A stretch of DNA of 64,000 bases from Bacillota bacterium (GTDB lineage: Bacteria > Bacillota > Dehalobacteriia > UBA4068 > UBA4997), in assembly GCA_017397935.1 (NCBI GenBank), contig JAFQHN010000001.1, forward strand, positions 19,134 through 83,133, given 5' to 3'. Numbering within the stretch: position 1 is the first letter of the stretch; each line of letters opens with the position of its first letter. The notes under the pieces were generated by a model that was given only the letters and a program-made list of their open reading frames with translations, was not told the origin of the DNA and ran no database searches. A program made the translations under genes and the position numbers. Of this stretch, positions 1-9,694 are shown piece by piece.

Positions 1-1022
1 TCATCAAGCGGCAAACCAACAGCCGCCAGCGCCGCCGCACGCTCATCCACCGCCTGCTGAATAGACAGCACCTCATAGCGGATACCCAAATTCTCAGCCA
101 GCTTGGCGGCAATCTCCCTGGTCGCGTCACAGTTATACTTGCTGGGCAGATTGATACCCAACACGTTCTCCCGGCCAAGAGCCGCTACCGCCACACAGGC
201 CGCCACACAGGAATCTATGCCGCCGGAGAGGCCAACTACCGCCTTGGTAATGCCCACATTGGCAGAATACTCCCGCACAGCGTGTACCAGGCCGTTATAC
301 AGCACCTCCACGCTGTCATTGGCCGCAACTTCCAGCGCCGCGCCGGGGTTTTCGGTATCCACCACCACCAGCTTCTCGGCAAACTGCCCGGCCGAGGCGA
401 TCATCTCACCGTTAGGGGCAAAAACCGCACTGCCGCCGTCATAAACATAAACCGGCTTGCCTGCATCCTGCACACCCACATGGTTTACATAAACCAGCGT
501 CTGGCCATAGGTTTTGGCAAACTCGGCAAAGCCCTGATGAAACTGCGGCGTTTTATCATGCAGATAAAAAGATGTGCCCAGACGAATAACCAACGGCGCC
601 TGCGGGTGCTGCTGCTGTTCGGTCAACAGGGCAAAATCCAGCTGCCCGCCCTTAACCTTGGCCGAGAAGCTGCCCATCGGTGAGGAAATCTGCCGCCCGG
701 TTTGGGCCACATAAATGGCACTGGCCGGGTTGGCGTTGCCGTTTTGGTCACGCATCAGCCCAATGCTGCCGAAAACCACCACCATATCCCCCATCGAGTT
801 GGTGGCCGAAATCAGCTTGCGGTTATAATTCTCACACTCCTGCAAGATACCGGGGCTGTTCCACGCCTGCCCCAAAAAGCTGCCGGTCATGGCCAGCTCC
901 GGGAATACTACCAGCTCAGCGCCCTCAGCATGGGCACGGCGGCAATAATCCAGCATGGTTTTATAATTTTGGTCCGGCCGGCCCGCACGGACTTTAATTT
1001 GTGCTATCGCAATTTTCGTCAT
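1..1022 (-). CDS. nadE: Glutamine-dependent NAD+ synthetase, N-terminal ~340 codons (C-terminus beyond left edge)
   Basis: Missing from the ORF track only because no stop lies in the window. Hand translation of the minus strand from ATG 1022-1020 gives MTKIAIAQIKVRAGRPDQNYKTMLDYCRRAHAEGAELVVFPELAMTGS... (CN-hydrolase type glutaminase domain). It continues in frame to ...KAVVGLSGGIDSCVAAC (SGGxDS PP-loop of NAD synthetase) and stays open to position 1. The + ORFs 103..1070 are mirror frames. Confidence 0.8.
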   Translation of the reverse strand, partial: MTKIAIAQIKVRAGRPDQNYKTMLDYCRRAHAEGAELVVFPELAMTGSFLGQAWNSPGILQECENYNRKLISATNSMGDMVVVFGSIGLMRDQNGNANPASAIYVAQTGRQISSPMGSFSAKVKGGQLDFALLTEQQQHPQAPLVIRLGTSFYLHDKTPQFHQGFAEFAKTYGQTLVYVNHVGVQDAGKPVYVYDGGSAVFAPNGEMIASAGQFAEKLVVVDTENPGAALEVAANDSVEVLYNGLVHAVREYSANVGITKAVVGLSGGIDSCVAACVAVAALGRENVLGINLPSKYNCDATREIAAKLAENLGIRYEVLSIQQAVDERAAALAAVGLPLD

Positions 1023-1159
1023 CAAACACAATCCTTTCCCTATCAAAATATAATTTACTTTTTAAGGTAGATTTTTACTCATACATTATTATTTTAGCAC
1101 TATTACAGGGTAATTGTCCACCACCGTTTTTCATCCTGCCCTTTACCTTTTGGCCCGAT

Positions 1160-1203
1160 TCAGACAATAAACAACCTCCCTTCGCTAAAATTACGGAGGG
1201 AGG
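1160..1203 (-). terminator. Putative intrinsic terminator downstream of the nucleotidyltransferase gene
   Basis: 10-bp stem (1175-1184 pairs with 1194-1203, one G-U), 9-nt loop. On the minus strand it is followed by TTGTTTATTG. Confidence 0.5.
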
Positions 1204-1224
1204 TATATTAACAGATATTAACCA

Positions 1225-1253
1225 CTCGATAAATTCTTATTTTTTCAGTTTAC
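1225..1253. repeat. Left copy of a ~30-bp direct repeat flanking the nucleotidyltransferase gene
   Basis: CTCGATAAATTCTTATTTTTTCAGTTTAC. It contains the stop codon (1245-1247) and matches 1911-1941 apart from a 3-nt indel and 2 mismatches. Confidence 0.8.
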
Positions 1254-1901
1254 AGAAATCCACTGCTTTGCCCAAACAAATAATGTATCAGACATCGGAA
1301 TAAAATCAACCGTACCGCCTTTTTTCAAACTTAAAAATGTATTGATAATGGCTTGTTCCTTAGGCGCTGCGGATGCGAGCAATTCTTCCTGCTGTTTGAT
1401 ATAGTTTCCTGTCTGCTTAAAGACAATGGCCTGTACAACAAAAGAAGCCGATTTATATAAAGCTCGCAAAATATCTTCGCTCTTTTCATGAAGCATATTG
1501 TGAACACATCCGTGGAATATGTTGCATACACCGATTTTAATTGCTCTGTTCACAGCACTTTCGTCAACAACATTTAGCACTTCATCAAGACTTCCCTTAA
1601 TCGGTGTCGTGTCATGGCAAAACTGAAACAGGTCAGACGGTTCCCAATTCATAATATCATCTTTCCCAGAGAGAAAACCACAAATCAGTTCTCTGTGAGG
1701 CAAGGCATCCAACATTGAAGCATAAGACCGAACATCCAAGGGAGATAATTCGTCCAGTATCACAACAATATCAATATCACTCGTTGGGGTTGCTTCCCCA
1801 CGGCCATAACTGCCCTGCAAGCCAACAAACCACACACGATTCCCAAATGTGGCATTTAACTTCTGCGAAAAGGCATCCATCCAGACAGAAATATCTATCA
1901 T
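1245..1901 (-). CDS. Nucleotidyltransferase-domain protein (KNTase/ANT-like or MNT-like architecture)
   Basis: ORF 1245..1910; start moved to ATG 1901, 7 nt behind GAGGTG. Carries the minimal NTase motif FVGLQGSYGRGEATPTSDIDIVVILDE followed by a helical C-domain. Visibly AT-richer than its neighbours. Confidence 0.65.
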   Translation of the reverse strand: MIDISVWMDAFSQKLNATFGNRVWFVGLQGSYGRGEATPTSDIDIVVILDELSPLDVRSYASMLDALPHRELICGFLSGKDDIMNWEPSDLFQFCHDTTPIKGSLDEVLNVVDESAVNRAIKIGVCNIFHGCVHNMLHEKSEDILRALYKSASFVVQAIVFKQTGNYIKQQEELLASAAPKEQAIINTFLSLKKGGTVDFIPMSDTLFVWAKQWISVN

Positions 1902-1910
1902 ATAAATCAC

Positions 1911-1941
1911 CTCGTCAATTCTTATTTATTTTTCAGTTTAC
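1911..1941. repeat. Right copy of the direct repeat flanking the nucleotidyltransferase gene
   Basis: CTCGTCAATTCTTATTTATTTTTCAGTTTAC, abutting the RBS of the gene. Confidence 0.8.
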
Positions 1942-2099
1942 TTTATCATATTTCGCTGCTTCATTCAACGCATAAAAATCAACATAGCGTGGCTCCATTC
2001 TGCACTTTTTGGCGATACATAAAAAGTGCCTCCGACAATAATTCGACGAAGGCACAGTTCATTTTTAGTTTTATGTAGATAAATCCCTGCCCAATCAAA

Positions 2100-2393
2100 C
2101 TCACAGCAGGTTATCCGCAGATGGCACCGCAGATGTGCCGCTATTGTCACCTAACTTGCAGAAATGCAAGAGTGGTGCAGATTTGGGCGAGTATACCCAA
2201 ACCCTAAGCGGTTCACCAATTCAAAAAAGTGTGCGAGTGCGTCAGATTTGGATAAGTACACCCAACCCCTAAGCGTTTCAAATGTGCGTCAGATGCAAGG
2301 AATAAATTGATTTTATCGAGCAAGCTGAACAAATAGTTCGCGTTGCGAGTAAAATCAATTTATGACACCGCAGATGGCGTGCAGTTGGAAGGC
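2100..2393. repeat. Intergenic array of the CAGATG-core repeat family plus a long inverted repeat, 3' of pckA
   Basis: Contains CCGCAGATG twice, ACCGCAGATGTGCCGCTATTGTC (~2126) and GAAATGCAAGAGTGGTGCAGAT (2161). Also has two ~62-nt tandem units ending in CAGAT, and a 19-bp-arm inverted repeat (2304-2323 / 2343-2361). Confidence 0.7.
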
Positions 2394-3974
2394 TTATTGT
2401 TTCTGCTTGGGGCCGGCAGCGAGAATATCTGCATCCACACCATGATACCCCTTAAAGTTCTCCACAAACAGAGCAGCCAGCTTCTTGGCGGTTTCATCAT
2501 AAGCAGCTTTGTCCTCCCAGGTGTTGCGGGGGTTCAGCACCTCAGCCGGAACCTCAGGACAAGTGGTGGGGATGGAAAGACCGAAGATCTCATCGGTCTC
2601 GTACTCAACATCAGCCAAAGAGCCGTTCAGAATAGCGGTAACCATAGCACGGGTATATGCCAGCTTCATACGGGAGCCAACGCCGTAGGGGCCGCCGGTC
2701 CAACCGGTGTTCAGCATATAAACCTCGGTGCCGTATTCCTGCAAATTGGCGCGCAACAGGTCAGCATATTCGCCAACCGCACGGGGCAGGAAGGGAGCGC
2801 CAAAACCGGCCGAGAAAGTAGCCTGCGGCTCGGTAATGCCGCGCTCGGTGCCGGCCAGCTTGCTGGTGTAACCGGACAGATAATAGTAGCTGGCCTGGTT
2901 GCGGTCCAGACGGGAGATGGGAGGCAATACGCCGAAAGCGTCAGCGGTCAGGAAGATAATAGCCTTGGGATGACCGCCCTGGCCGGAAAGTACAGCGCCG
3001 GGGATGTAATCAACCGGGTAGCCGGTGCGGATATTCTCGGTAATGCTGTCGTCGTCATAATCGGCAACGCGGTCCTCGTTCATCACCACGTTCTCGATTA
3101 CCGAGCCAAACTTGATGGCGTTCCAAATCTGGGGCTCGCCTTCTTCGCTCAGCTTAATAGCCTTGGCATAGCAGCCGCCCTCAAAGTTAAAGATACCCTC
3201 AGGAGACCAACCGTGCTCGTCGTCACCGATCAACTGACGGTTCGGGTCAGCGGAAAGGGTGGTTTTGCCGGTGCCGGACAAGCCAAAGAACAATGCGGTG
3301 CTGCCGTCCTCGCCAATGTTGGCAGAGCAGTGCATCGGGCAAACGCCGCGCTCGGGCATCATGTAATTCATGTAGCTGAAGCAGGATTTCTTCATCTCGC
3401 CGGCATAAGCAGCAGCGCCGATCAGAATTTCCTTGCTGGTAAAGTTCAGGATAATAAAGGCCTCAGAATTGGTCTTATCCAGCTCGGGGATGGCCTTGAA
3501 GCCGGGAGTGCAAACCAAAGTAACCTCAGGCTTAAAATCAACCAGCTCCTCAGCGGTGGGGCGGCGCAGCAGATGATGAATAAACAGATTCTGCCAGGCG
3601 TACTCGTTGATCACACGCACCGGAATGCGGTAGTTCGGGTCAGCGCCCACATAGCCTTCAAATACAAATACATCCTTGCCTTCCAGATAAGCCTTCTGGC
3701 GGGAGCGCAAAGCGGCAAAAGCCTCGGGGTCAAAGGGTTTGTTGATTTTGCCCCAATCCACGGTATCAGCGGTGGTCTCATCCTTAACCACAAAGCGGTC
3801 CTCAGGAGAACGGCCGGTATATTTGCCGGTTTCCACAGCCAGCGCACCGGTAGAGGACAAACAGCCCTCGCCACGGCTCAAAGCCAATTCCACCAGCTTA
3901 ACGGCCGGCAGATTTTCATAAATTTCACCCAGATTGATATAACCGGCAGCTGCCAGAGTTTCTCTCATAGTCAT
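2394..3974 (-). CDS. pckA: Phosphoenolpyruvate carboxykinase (ATP)
   Basis: ORF 2394..3995. GLSGTGKTTLS P-loop and full-length resemblance to ATP-dependent PckA. Start set at ATG 3974 behind GGAAAGGA. Confidence 0.93.
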   Translation of the reverse strand: MTMRETLAAAGYINLGEIYENLPAVKLVELALSRGEGCLSSTGALAVETGKYTGRSPEDRFVVKDETTADTVDWGKINKPFDPEAFAALRSRQKAYLEGKDVFVFEGYVGADPNYRIPVRVINEYAWQNLFIHHLLRRPTAEELVDFKPEVTLVCTPGFKAIPELDKTNSEAFIILNFTSKEILIGAAAYAGEMKKSCFSYMNYMMPERGVCPMHCSANIGEDGSTALFFGLSGTGKTTLSADPNRQLIGDDEHGWSPEGIFNFEGGCYAKAIKLSEEGEPQIWNAIKFGSVIENVVMNEDRVADYDDDSITENIRTGYPVDYIPGAVLSGQGGHPKAIIFLTADAFGVLPPISRLDRNQASYYYLSGYTSKLAGTERGITEPQATFSAGFGAPFLPRAVGEYADLLRANLQEYGTEVYMLNTGWTGGPYGVGSRMKLAYTRAMVTAILNGSLADVEYETDEIFGLSIPTTCPEVPAEVLNPRNTWEDKAAYDETAKKLAALFVENFKGYHGVDADILAAGPKQKQ

Positions 3975-4080
3975 AACATTTAGTCCTTTCCGCATTATCT
4001 CTTTTCTTATGATGTTTGAAATTTTCCATAATGCTGTCTGCGTATCCCGGCAGACAGGAACAACTTATCGGCAGACTTTC

Positions 4081-4479
4081 TTATTTGAAGAATCTGTTGA
4101 TTTCGATTTCAGCGTTTTCCACGCTGTCAGAGCCGTGGATCAGGTTCTCGCTGGTGCAGAAGGCGTAATCGCCGCGGATGGTGCCGGGGGCTGCTTCTTC
4201 CCACTTGGTTGCGCCCATCAGAATACGCATACCCTGAACAACATCGGGACCTTCAACGATCATAGCCAGAACCGGGCCGGAAACCATATACTCAACAACT
4301 TCCGGGAAGAAAGGCTTATCAGCGATGTGTGCATAATGCTCCTTCAAAACTTCCTCAGTCAGCATAATAGTCTTGGCCTCGGCAATCTTGTAGCCCTTGC
4401 GCTCAATGCGGGAAATAATTTCACCTGCTACGCCTCTCTTCAAAGCATCGGGCTTCAACATAATATAAGTGCGTTCCAT
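4081..4479 (-). CDS. ndk: Nucleoside diphosphate kinase
   Basis: 132 aa, MERTYIMLKPDALKRG...NLIHGSDS, typical Ndk. Confidence 0.93.
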   Translation of the reverse strand: MERTYIMLKPDALKRGVAGEIISRIERKGYKIAEAKTIMLTEEVLKEHYAHIADKPFFPEVVEYMVSGPVLAMIVEGPDVVQGMRILMGATKWEEAAPGTIRGDYAFCTSENLIHGSDSVENAEIEINRFFK

Positions 4480-4544
4480 AATAAAAATTCCTCCTTAAAA
4501 ATCTTAAAAATAATTATATTCTAAACAGTATCTGTTTATAAACC

Positions 4545-4715
4545 TTTTATACCTCGCTACTCCGGTAATGCCTGCCTACTTTTTTTCCATACATTCAGCA
4601 AATCTCACCAATCAGCGGCAGCTTTTTTATACCGCCCCACTTCGGCAATGCCTGCTTACTTTTTCTGTAAACCCGGCAGACTTTACCAATCAACGATAGC
4701 TTATTTTTTCACTTA
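4545..4715. repeat. Tandem ~80-bp units of the TTTTATACC-head family (2 copies plus a degenerate third)
   Basis: TTTTATACCTCGCTACTCCGGTAATGCCTGCCTAC... at ~4545 and TTTTTTATACCGCCCCACTTCGGCAATGCCTGCTTAC... at ~4623; period 80. Confidence 0.75.
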
Positions 4716-6005
<1,290 letters not shown>

Positions 6006-6293
6006 TCACACATCTCCTTCCACAAAATTGCGAAACCACCGGTTTATTTAACCCACCGTCAGCCAAAGTTTGTTCTGTTTTACAATTATCACAGGCCTGC
6101 GGACATATTTCCACACATTAAAAATTATACTATATCTTAAACTTAACTGTCAACAAAATCTGCCGCTTAAAAGCCAAAAAGCCAAATAAAAAAGCGTATC
6201 GGGCAGCCATCGGCCGCTTAATACGCTTCCTTTTATTTTTGATATGTTTTGGATACCCACATAACCCGGTCGGCAGAGCCATCAGACTTTCAA

Positions 6294-6324
6294 ATGAAAA
6301 ACCCCTGCCATAACAACAGGGGTT
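6294..6324 (-). terminator. Intrinsic terminator after the tRNA cluster
   Basis: Minus-strand AACCCCTG-loop-CAGGGGTT hairpin (6300-6307 / 6317-6324) followed by TTTTTC. A second hairpin AGCGTAT...ATACGCT with a T-run lies at ~6192-6235. Confidence 0.7.
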
Positions 6325-6331
6325 TTCGGCG

Positions 6332-6408
6332 TGGTGACACGTAGGGGATTCGAACCCCTGAATGCCAGCGTGAAAGGCTGGTGAGTTAAGCCCCTTCTCC
6401 AACGTGCC
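6332..6408 (-). tRNA. tRNA-Glu (anticodon UUC)
   Basis: The reverse complement folds as a cloverleaf: GGCACGT acceptor stem, anticodon arm CCAGC-CTTTCAC-GCTGG, T arm AGGGG-TTCGAAT-CCCCT, encoded CCA. Confidence 0.9.
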
Positions 6409-6412
6409 ATAC

Positions 6413-6488
6413 TGGTGATCCATCCGCGATTCGAACGCGGGACACCCTGATTAAAAGTCAGGTGCTCTGCCGGCTGAGCTAATGGATC
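6413..6488 (-). tRNA. tRNA-Lys (anticodon UUU)
   Basis: The reverse complement is GATCCATTAGCTCAGCCGGCAGAGCACCTGACTTTTAATCAGGGTGTCCCGCGTTCGAATCGCGGATGGATCACCA. Anticodon loop CTTTTAA. Confidence 0.92.
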
Positions 6489-6491
6489 AAA

Positions 6492-6567
6492 TGGTGGACC
6501 ATCGCGGACTCGAACCGCGGACATTCTGATTAAGAGTCAGCTACTCTACCAACTGAGTTAATGGTCC
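6492..6567 (-). tRNA. tRNA-Lys (anticodon CUU)
   Basis: The reverse complement is GGACCATTAACTCAGTTGGTAGAGTAGCTGACTCTTAATCAGAATGTCCGCGGTTCGAGTCCGCGATGGTCCACCA. Anticodon loop CTCTTAA. Confidence 0.92.
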
Positions 6568-6605
6568 AAATCGCTCAACACAGCAAAATCATACTGCATT
6601 TATGG

Positions 6606-6634
6606 ATTATACAGAAGTTGTCCTTAAATGTCAA
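6606..6634 (-). promoter_or_regulatory. Consensus sigma-A type promoter for the tRNA cluster
   Basis: Minus strand reads TTGACA, a 17-nt spacer, then TATAAT, about 30 nt upstream of the first tRNA. Confidence 0.7.
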
Positions 6635-6860
6635 TACTTTTTTGCAATTTTTTTTGGATTTTTTGTTTTTTCTTGCACTTTATCCTCTTTCTTCCAATTA
6701 TAATACATTTTTGCCTGCGCAGTTATTTTGGTCTTTTTCGCCGAAGTTTGCCTGTAATAATCGCAATTTGCGTTTCCCCACCGACACCGTTAGCGCAATT
6801 TTTTCCGCCCCTCTGTTCTATAATATACCAATAGTGTTGATAGTTTTCGGAGGTCTTTTT

Positions 6861-7985
6861 ATGAAATTTCCCAGATTTGCCCCGCTGCTGCTGCTCCTTT
6901 TGCTGCTCCTTTTGCTGCCCCTGCTCCTCGCCGCCCCGGCCCGTGCCGAGGTTTTGGCCGAGGTCACCCCCGAAGTTCCGCCGGCAGATGAACAGGCGCT
7001 GCCGGCCAACTCCTGGCGGCTCACCCTGCTCACCGATGACGGTCAACCCCTCACCGAGTTTTCTCTGCCGCAGGATTACACCGGCGGCGGCATTACTTAC
7101 ACTTTAAGCGAGCCTTTTATTCCCCTGCGCCCCCTGGCAGAGAGTCTGGGCGTGCCGCTTGTCTGGCAAAAATTCGCCGATGCGGACTGCGCAGTCTGGG
7201 CCGCCGACGATAACGCCCGTCTGTTTATCGCCAACCGCCCCAATGTCCTCCATTTTACCGCTGACGATAACGGCTCATGGCAGCCCGCCCGGGAAATTCA
7301 GTATCAACAGCCGCTGCTGGTGGGCGGCACTTTTTGTGTCCCGTTAAGTTATCTTGCCTGCCTTGGTCTGGCTTACGATTACGAGGCTTCCAGCGGACAA
7401 ATCACCGTTTATGCACCCCATCTTACCGCCGCCGATCCTTATGCCCTCTGGTCGGCCGCGCAGGCTCCGCTGGCTGATATTCTGCCGCCCCCTGCCCATC
7501 TGCTGGCCACCGCCACCACCCTGTTTGATCCCGCCGAAATCAACCGCTGCCAAAACATTCTGCTGGCTGCCGGCGCTCTGCACGGCCTGGTCATCGCCCC
7601 CGGCGAGGAGTTTTCCTTCAACACCTCCGTCGGCCCCCGCACCGCTGACCGCGGTTATCGCACGGCCATCGTTTTCATTGATGAAAAAGCTGTGCCCGGC
7701 ATCGGCGGCGGCGTCTGTCAGGTCAGCACCACCGTCTATCAGGCCGCTTTGCAGGCCGGCCTTACCGTCACCGAGCGTCATCCGCACTCTCTGCCCGTCA
7801 ATTATGCCCCCGCCCATCGGGATGCCACCGTGGCCTGGGGTGCGCTGGATCTCCGCTGGCGTAATGATTTTGACCACCCCGTACAGCTCGCCTGCCACAT
7901 CAAAGACGGCAGCCTGACCGTAAAGATTTACCAAATCGCCGCCAATTCCAACACCAACCGCTTCCTTGGCAATCTCGTAGATTAA
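6861..7985 (+). CDS. VanW-family protein with signal peptide and N-terminal stalk domain
   Basis: ORF 6561..7985, trimmed to ATG 6861 behind GGAGG. Signal peptide MKFPRFAPLLLLLLLLLLLPLLLAAPARA. C-terminal FSFNTSVGPRTADRGY...GGGVCQVSTTVYQAAL...ERHPHS is VanW-like. Confidence 0.7.
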   Translation: MKFPRFAPLLLLLLLLLLLPLLLAAPARAEVLAEVTPEVPPADEQALPANSWRLTLLTDDGQPLTEFSLPQDYTGGGITYTLSEPFIPLRPLAESLGVPLVWQKFADADCAVWAADDNARLFIANRPNVLHFTADDNGSWQPAREIQYQQPLLVGGTFCVPLSYLACLGLAYDYEASSGQITVYAPHLTAADPYALWSAAQAPLADILPPPAHLLATATTLFDPAEINRCQNILLAAGALHGLVIAPGEEFSFNTSVGPRTADRGYRTAIVFIDEKAVPGIGGGVCQVSTTVYQAALQAGLTVTERHPHSLPVNYAPAHRDATVAWGALDLRWRNDFDHPVQLACHIKDGSLTVKIYQIAANSNTNRFLGNLVD

Positions 7986-7991
7986 CCGGCA

Positions 7992-8438
7992 TCAGCACAC
8001 ACCGGCTTGCAGCAGCTTCAATTTGCGGCTCAAATGCCGCTGGCTATACCCCACCTCGTCGGCCACATTCTCCCAGGTCAACCCTTCAATATAATACAGG
8101 CGCAAAATACGGCGGTTCTCCGGCGAGTAGCTGTCAATGTCCTGCTCGATCTGTATGCGCAGTTCAATCAGCCGGTTCAATTTCTCGGCCAGCAGGCAGG
8201 ATAACTCCCACAGCTTGGCGGCCGTCTCACCGGTCGCGTCGTTTGCCCCACCACCCTTGGCATACACGCCCACCGGCCAGCTTGATGGCACCCGCCCCTG
8301 CGCCAGGGCCTCTTTTTCCGCCTCCAAATCCGCAATCTCACGGCATAACTGGCGGTACTGCTTCATCTGCTCAAAATCCACCTGCCTGCTCTCTCTCAAA
8401 TTCTCTGTCATATTCTCTTTTGCATTTTTGTTTGCCAT
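7992..8438 (-). CDS. Small sigma-70 region-4 type HTH protein (phage-style positive-regulator architecture)
   Basis: 148 aa. Coiled-coil N-terminal half, then C-terminal RRILRLYYIEGLTWENVADEVGYSQRHLSRKLKLL, which resembles a sigma70_r4 HTH. Confidence 0.5.
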   Translation of the reverse strand: MANKNAKENMTENLRESRQVDFEQMKQYRQLCREIADLEAEKEALAQGRVPSSWPVGVYAKGGGANDATGETAAKLWELSCLLAEKLNRLIELRIQIEQDIDSYSPENRRILRLYYIEGLTWENVADEVGYSQRHLSRKLKLLQAGVC

Positions 8439-8599
8439 CCAAACTCACCCTCACTTTTTCGGCTGTATTTTTTGCTTATTACGCAACAAATTTCTCTTGA
8501 TGCGCCCATAAGTTACTTATCATGCACCTAATATATCACAGTTTATGTTACCAGTCAAGCAACTTTTTCCATAATTTTCCTTAATTTCGCAAAAATCTG

Positions 8600-8627
8600 T
8601 TGCATAATGTGCAATTTATGCTATAAT
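8600..8627 (+). promoter_or_regulatory. Putative promoter of the XRE/S24 repressor gene with an overlapping palindrome
   Basis: TTGCAT, 16-nt spacer, TGcTATAAT. TTGCATAATGTGCAA is an inverted repeat across the -35. Two direct TTTATGACA copies (~8645 and ~8655) lie between the -10 and the RBS. Confidence 0.5.
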
Positions 8628-8688
8628 CTAACTGTAACCCCCAATTTATGACATTTTATGACACATTTATTATTATGAGGTGATCATC

Positions 8689-9300
8689 ATGACCTTAGGC
8701 AGCAATATTCGGGAGGCACGCCGCCGCCGCAAGCTTACGCTGGAAGATTTGGCACAGCAGGTCGGTCTCAGCCGCCAAACCCTCAGCCGCTATGAAAACG
8801 GCATTATCGCCAACATCCCGCACGATAACATTGTGCGTCTGGCCGAGGCGCTTAACACCACCCCTGCCAGCTTAATGGGGTGGAGTGATGAATTTTCCGC
8901 CTACACCCCCACCCAGCGTATCCCCATTTTGGGCCGCATCTCGGCCGGCCTGCCGCTTTACGCCGAGGAGCAGGTGGAAGGCAGCGTCCTCACCGAATTA
9001 AACGGCGGCAACGAGTATTTTGCCCTGCGGGTAAAGGGTGACAGCATGGACGCCGCCCACATCTTCGACGGCAACATTCTCATCGTCCGCAAGCAGGATA
9101 TGGTGGAAAACGGCGAGATTGCCGTGGTAATGATTGATGACAACGACGCCACCGTCAAGCGCTTTTATTGCCACAACCAAACCGTCACCCTCATCCCCCA
9201 ATCCACCAACCCTGCCCATCTCCCCCAAATTTACGATATGTCGCATACCTCGGTACGCGTTATCGGCAAAGTCATTAAAAATGAAATATCGTTTGAATAA
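8689..9300 (+). CDS. LexA-like self-cleaving repressor (XRE-type HTH fused to S24 peptidase domain)
   Basis: Start ATG 8689 behind GAGGTG. N-terminal LTLEDLAQQVGLSRQTLSRYENG is an HTH_XRE. Ala-Gly site in ISAGLP, catalytic Ser in VKGDSM and Lys in ATVKRF are S24 hallmarks. There is no winged-helix LexA N-domain. Confidence 0.8.
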   Translation: MTLGSNIREARRRRKLTLEDLAQQVGLSRQTLSRYENGIIANIPHDNIVRLAEALNTTPASLMGWSDEFSAYTPTQRIPILGRISAGLPLYAEEQVEGSVLTELNGGNEYFALRVKGDSMDAAHIFDGNILIVRKQDMVENGEIAVVMIDDNDATVKRFYCHNQTVTLIPQSTNPAHLPQIYDMSHTSVRVIGKVIKNEISFE

Positions 9301-9485
9301 TTTTATACCTATCTACCATACTGCACTCGCCAACTTTCGGTTTAGATAACTAATTTTTATCATCACGCAGCTTTCTGCATTCTTTATACCTCCCTACCAT
9401 ACTACACCACTCATACTCTCAGTTTAGATAACTAATTTTTATCATCACGCAATTTTCTGCATTTTTATACCTACCTACTGTACCA
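9301..9485. repeat. Tandem 81-bp units of the TTTTATACC-head family (2.3 copies)
   Basis: TTTTATACCTATCTACCATACTGC..., CTTTATACCTCCCTACCATACTAC..., TTTTTATACCTACCTACTGTACC. Heads at ~9305, 9386 and 9467. Confidence 0.8.
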
Positions 9486-9486
9486 A

Positions 9487-9562
9487 GAAATGCAAGAGTA
9501 TTGCCATTATCTTTTCTAATCTCTGAGAAATGCAAGAGTGGTGCAGATGTGCTGCCTTTGTC
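9487..9562. repeat. CAGATG-core repeat family, two copies (second is a fused A+B box)
   Basis: GAAATGCAAGAGTATTGCCATTATCTTTTCT and GAAATGCAAGAGTGGTGCAGATGTGCTGCCTTTGTCTTTTCT. Confidence 0.7.
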
Positions 9563-9694
9563 TTTTCTCTACTTTTTGCAGGATAAAGTATTTTCATGCC
9601 GAATATCCATAAGCAGTAGGTTTATGCCGCTTTGTCGGCATCATTATGTTTGCTGATTTACAAATTTTTCACAAATTTTAAGGAGGACTTACCA

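Noticed and set aside
2343-3983. 546-aa + strand ORF opposite pckA. Similar long mirror ORFs lie at 9689..10603, 12042..12812, 25335..26312, 31134..32075, 32588..33688, 34449..35954, 36623..37321, 38453..39634, 43229..44686, 45244..45885, 56026..57030, 59045..60976 and 61492..62202.
   Set aside because: - Each lies antisense to a gene with an unmistakable conserved product.
- Their translations are low-complexity (G/A/L/Q/H/R-rich) with no motifs.
- This is typical of stop-free mirror frames in GC-rich coding DNA.
6130-6524. Minus-strand ORFs 6130..6423 and 6282..6524, and the first 300 nt of + ORF 6561..7985.
   Set aside because: - They run through the three tRNA genes and their promoter.
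- The VanW-family gene has a proper RBS, ATG and signal peptide at 6861.
8439-8688. Searched the spacer upstream of the S24 repressor for a canonical Firmicutes LexA (Cheo) box, GAAC-N4-GTTC.
   Set aside because: - None is present.
- The protein has an XRE-type HTH rather than the LexA winged helix, so it was not called lexA.
7992-9300. Prophage or integrative element around the repressor/activator pair.
   Set aside because: - No integrase, terminase, structural or lysis genes, and no att-like repeats, lie within several kb.
- The flanking genes are VanW and fba.
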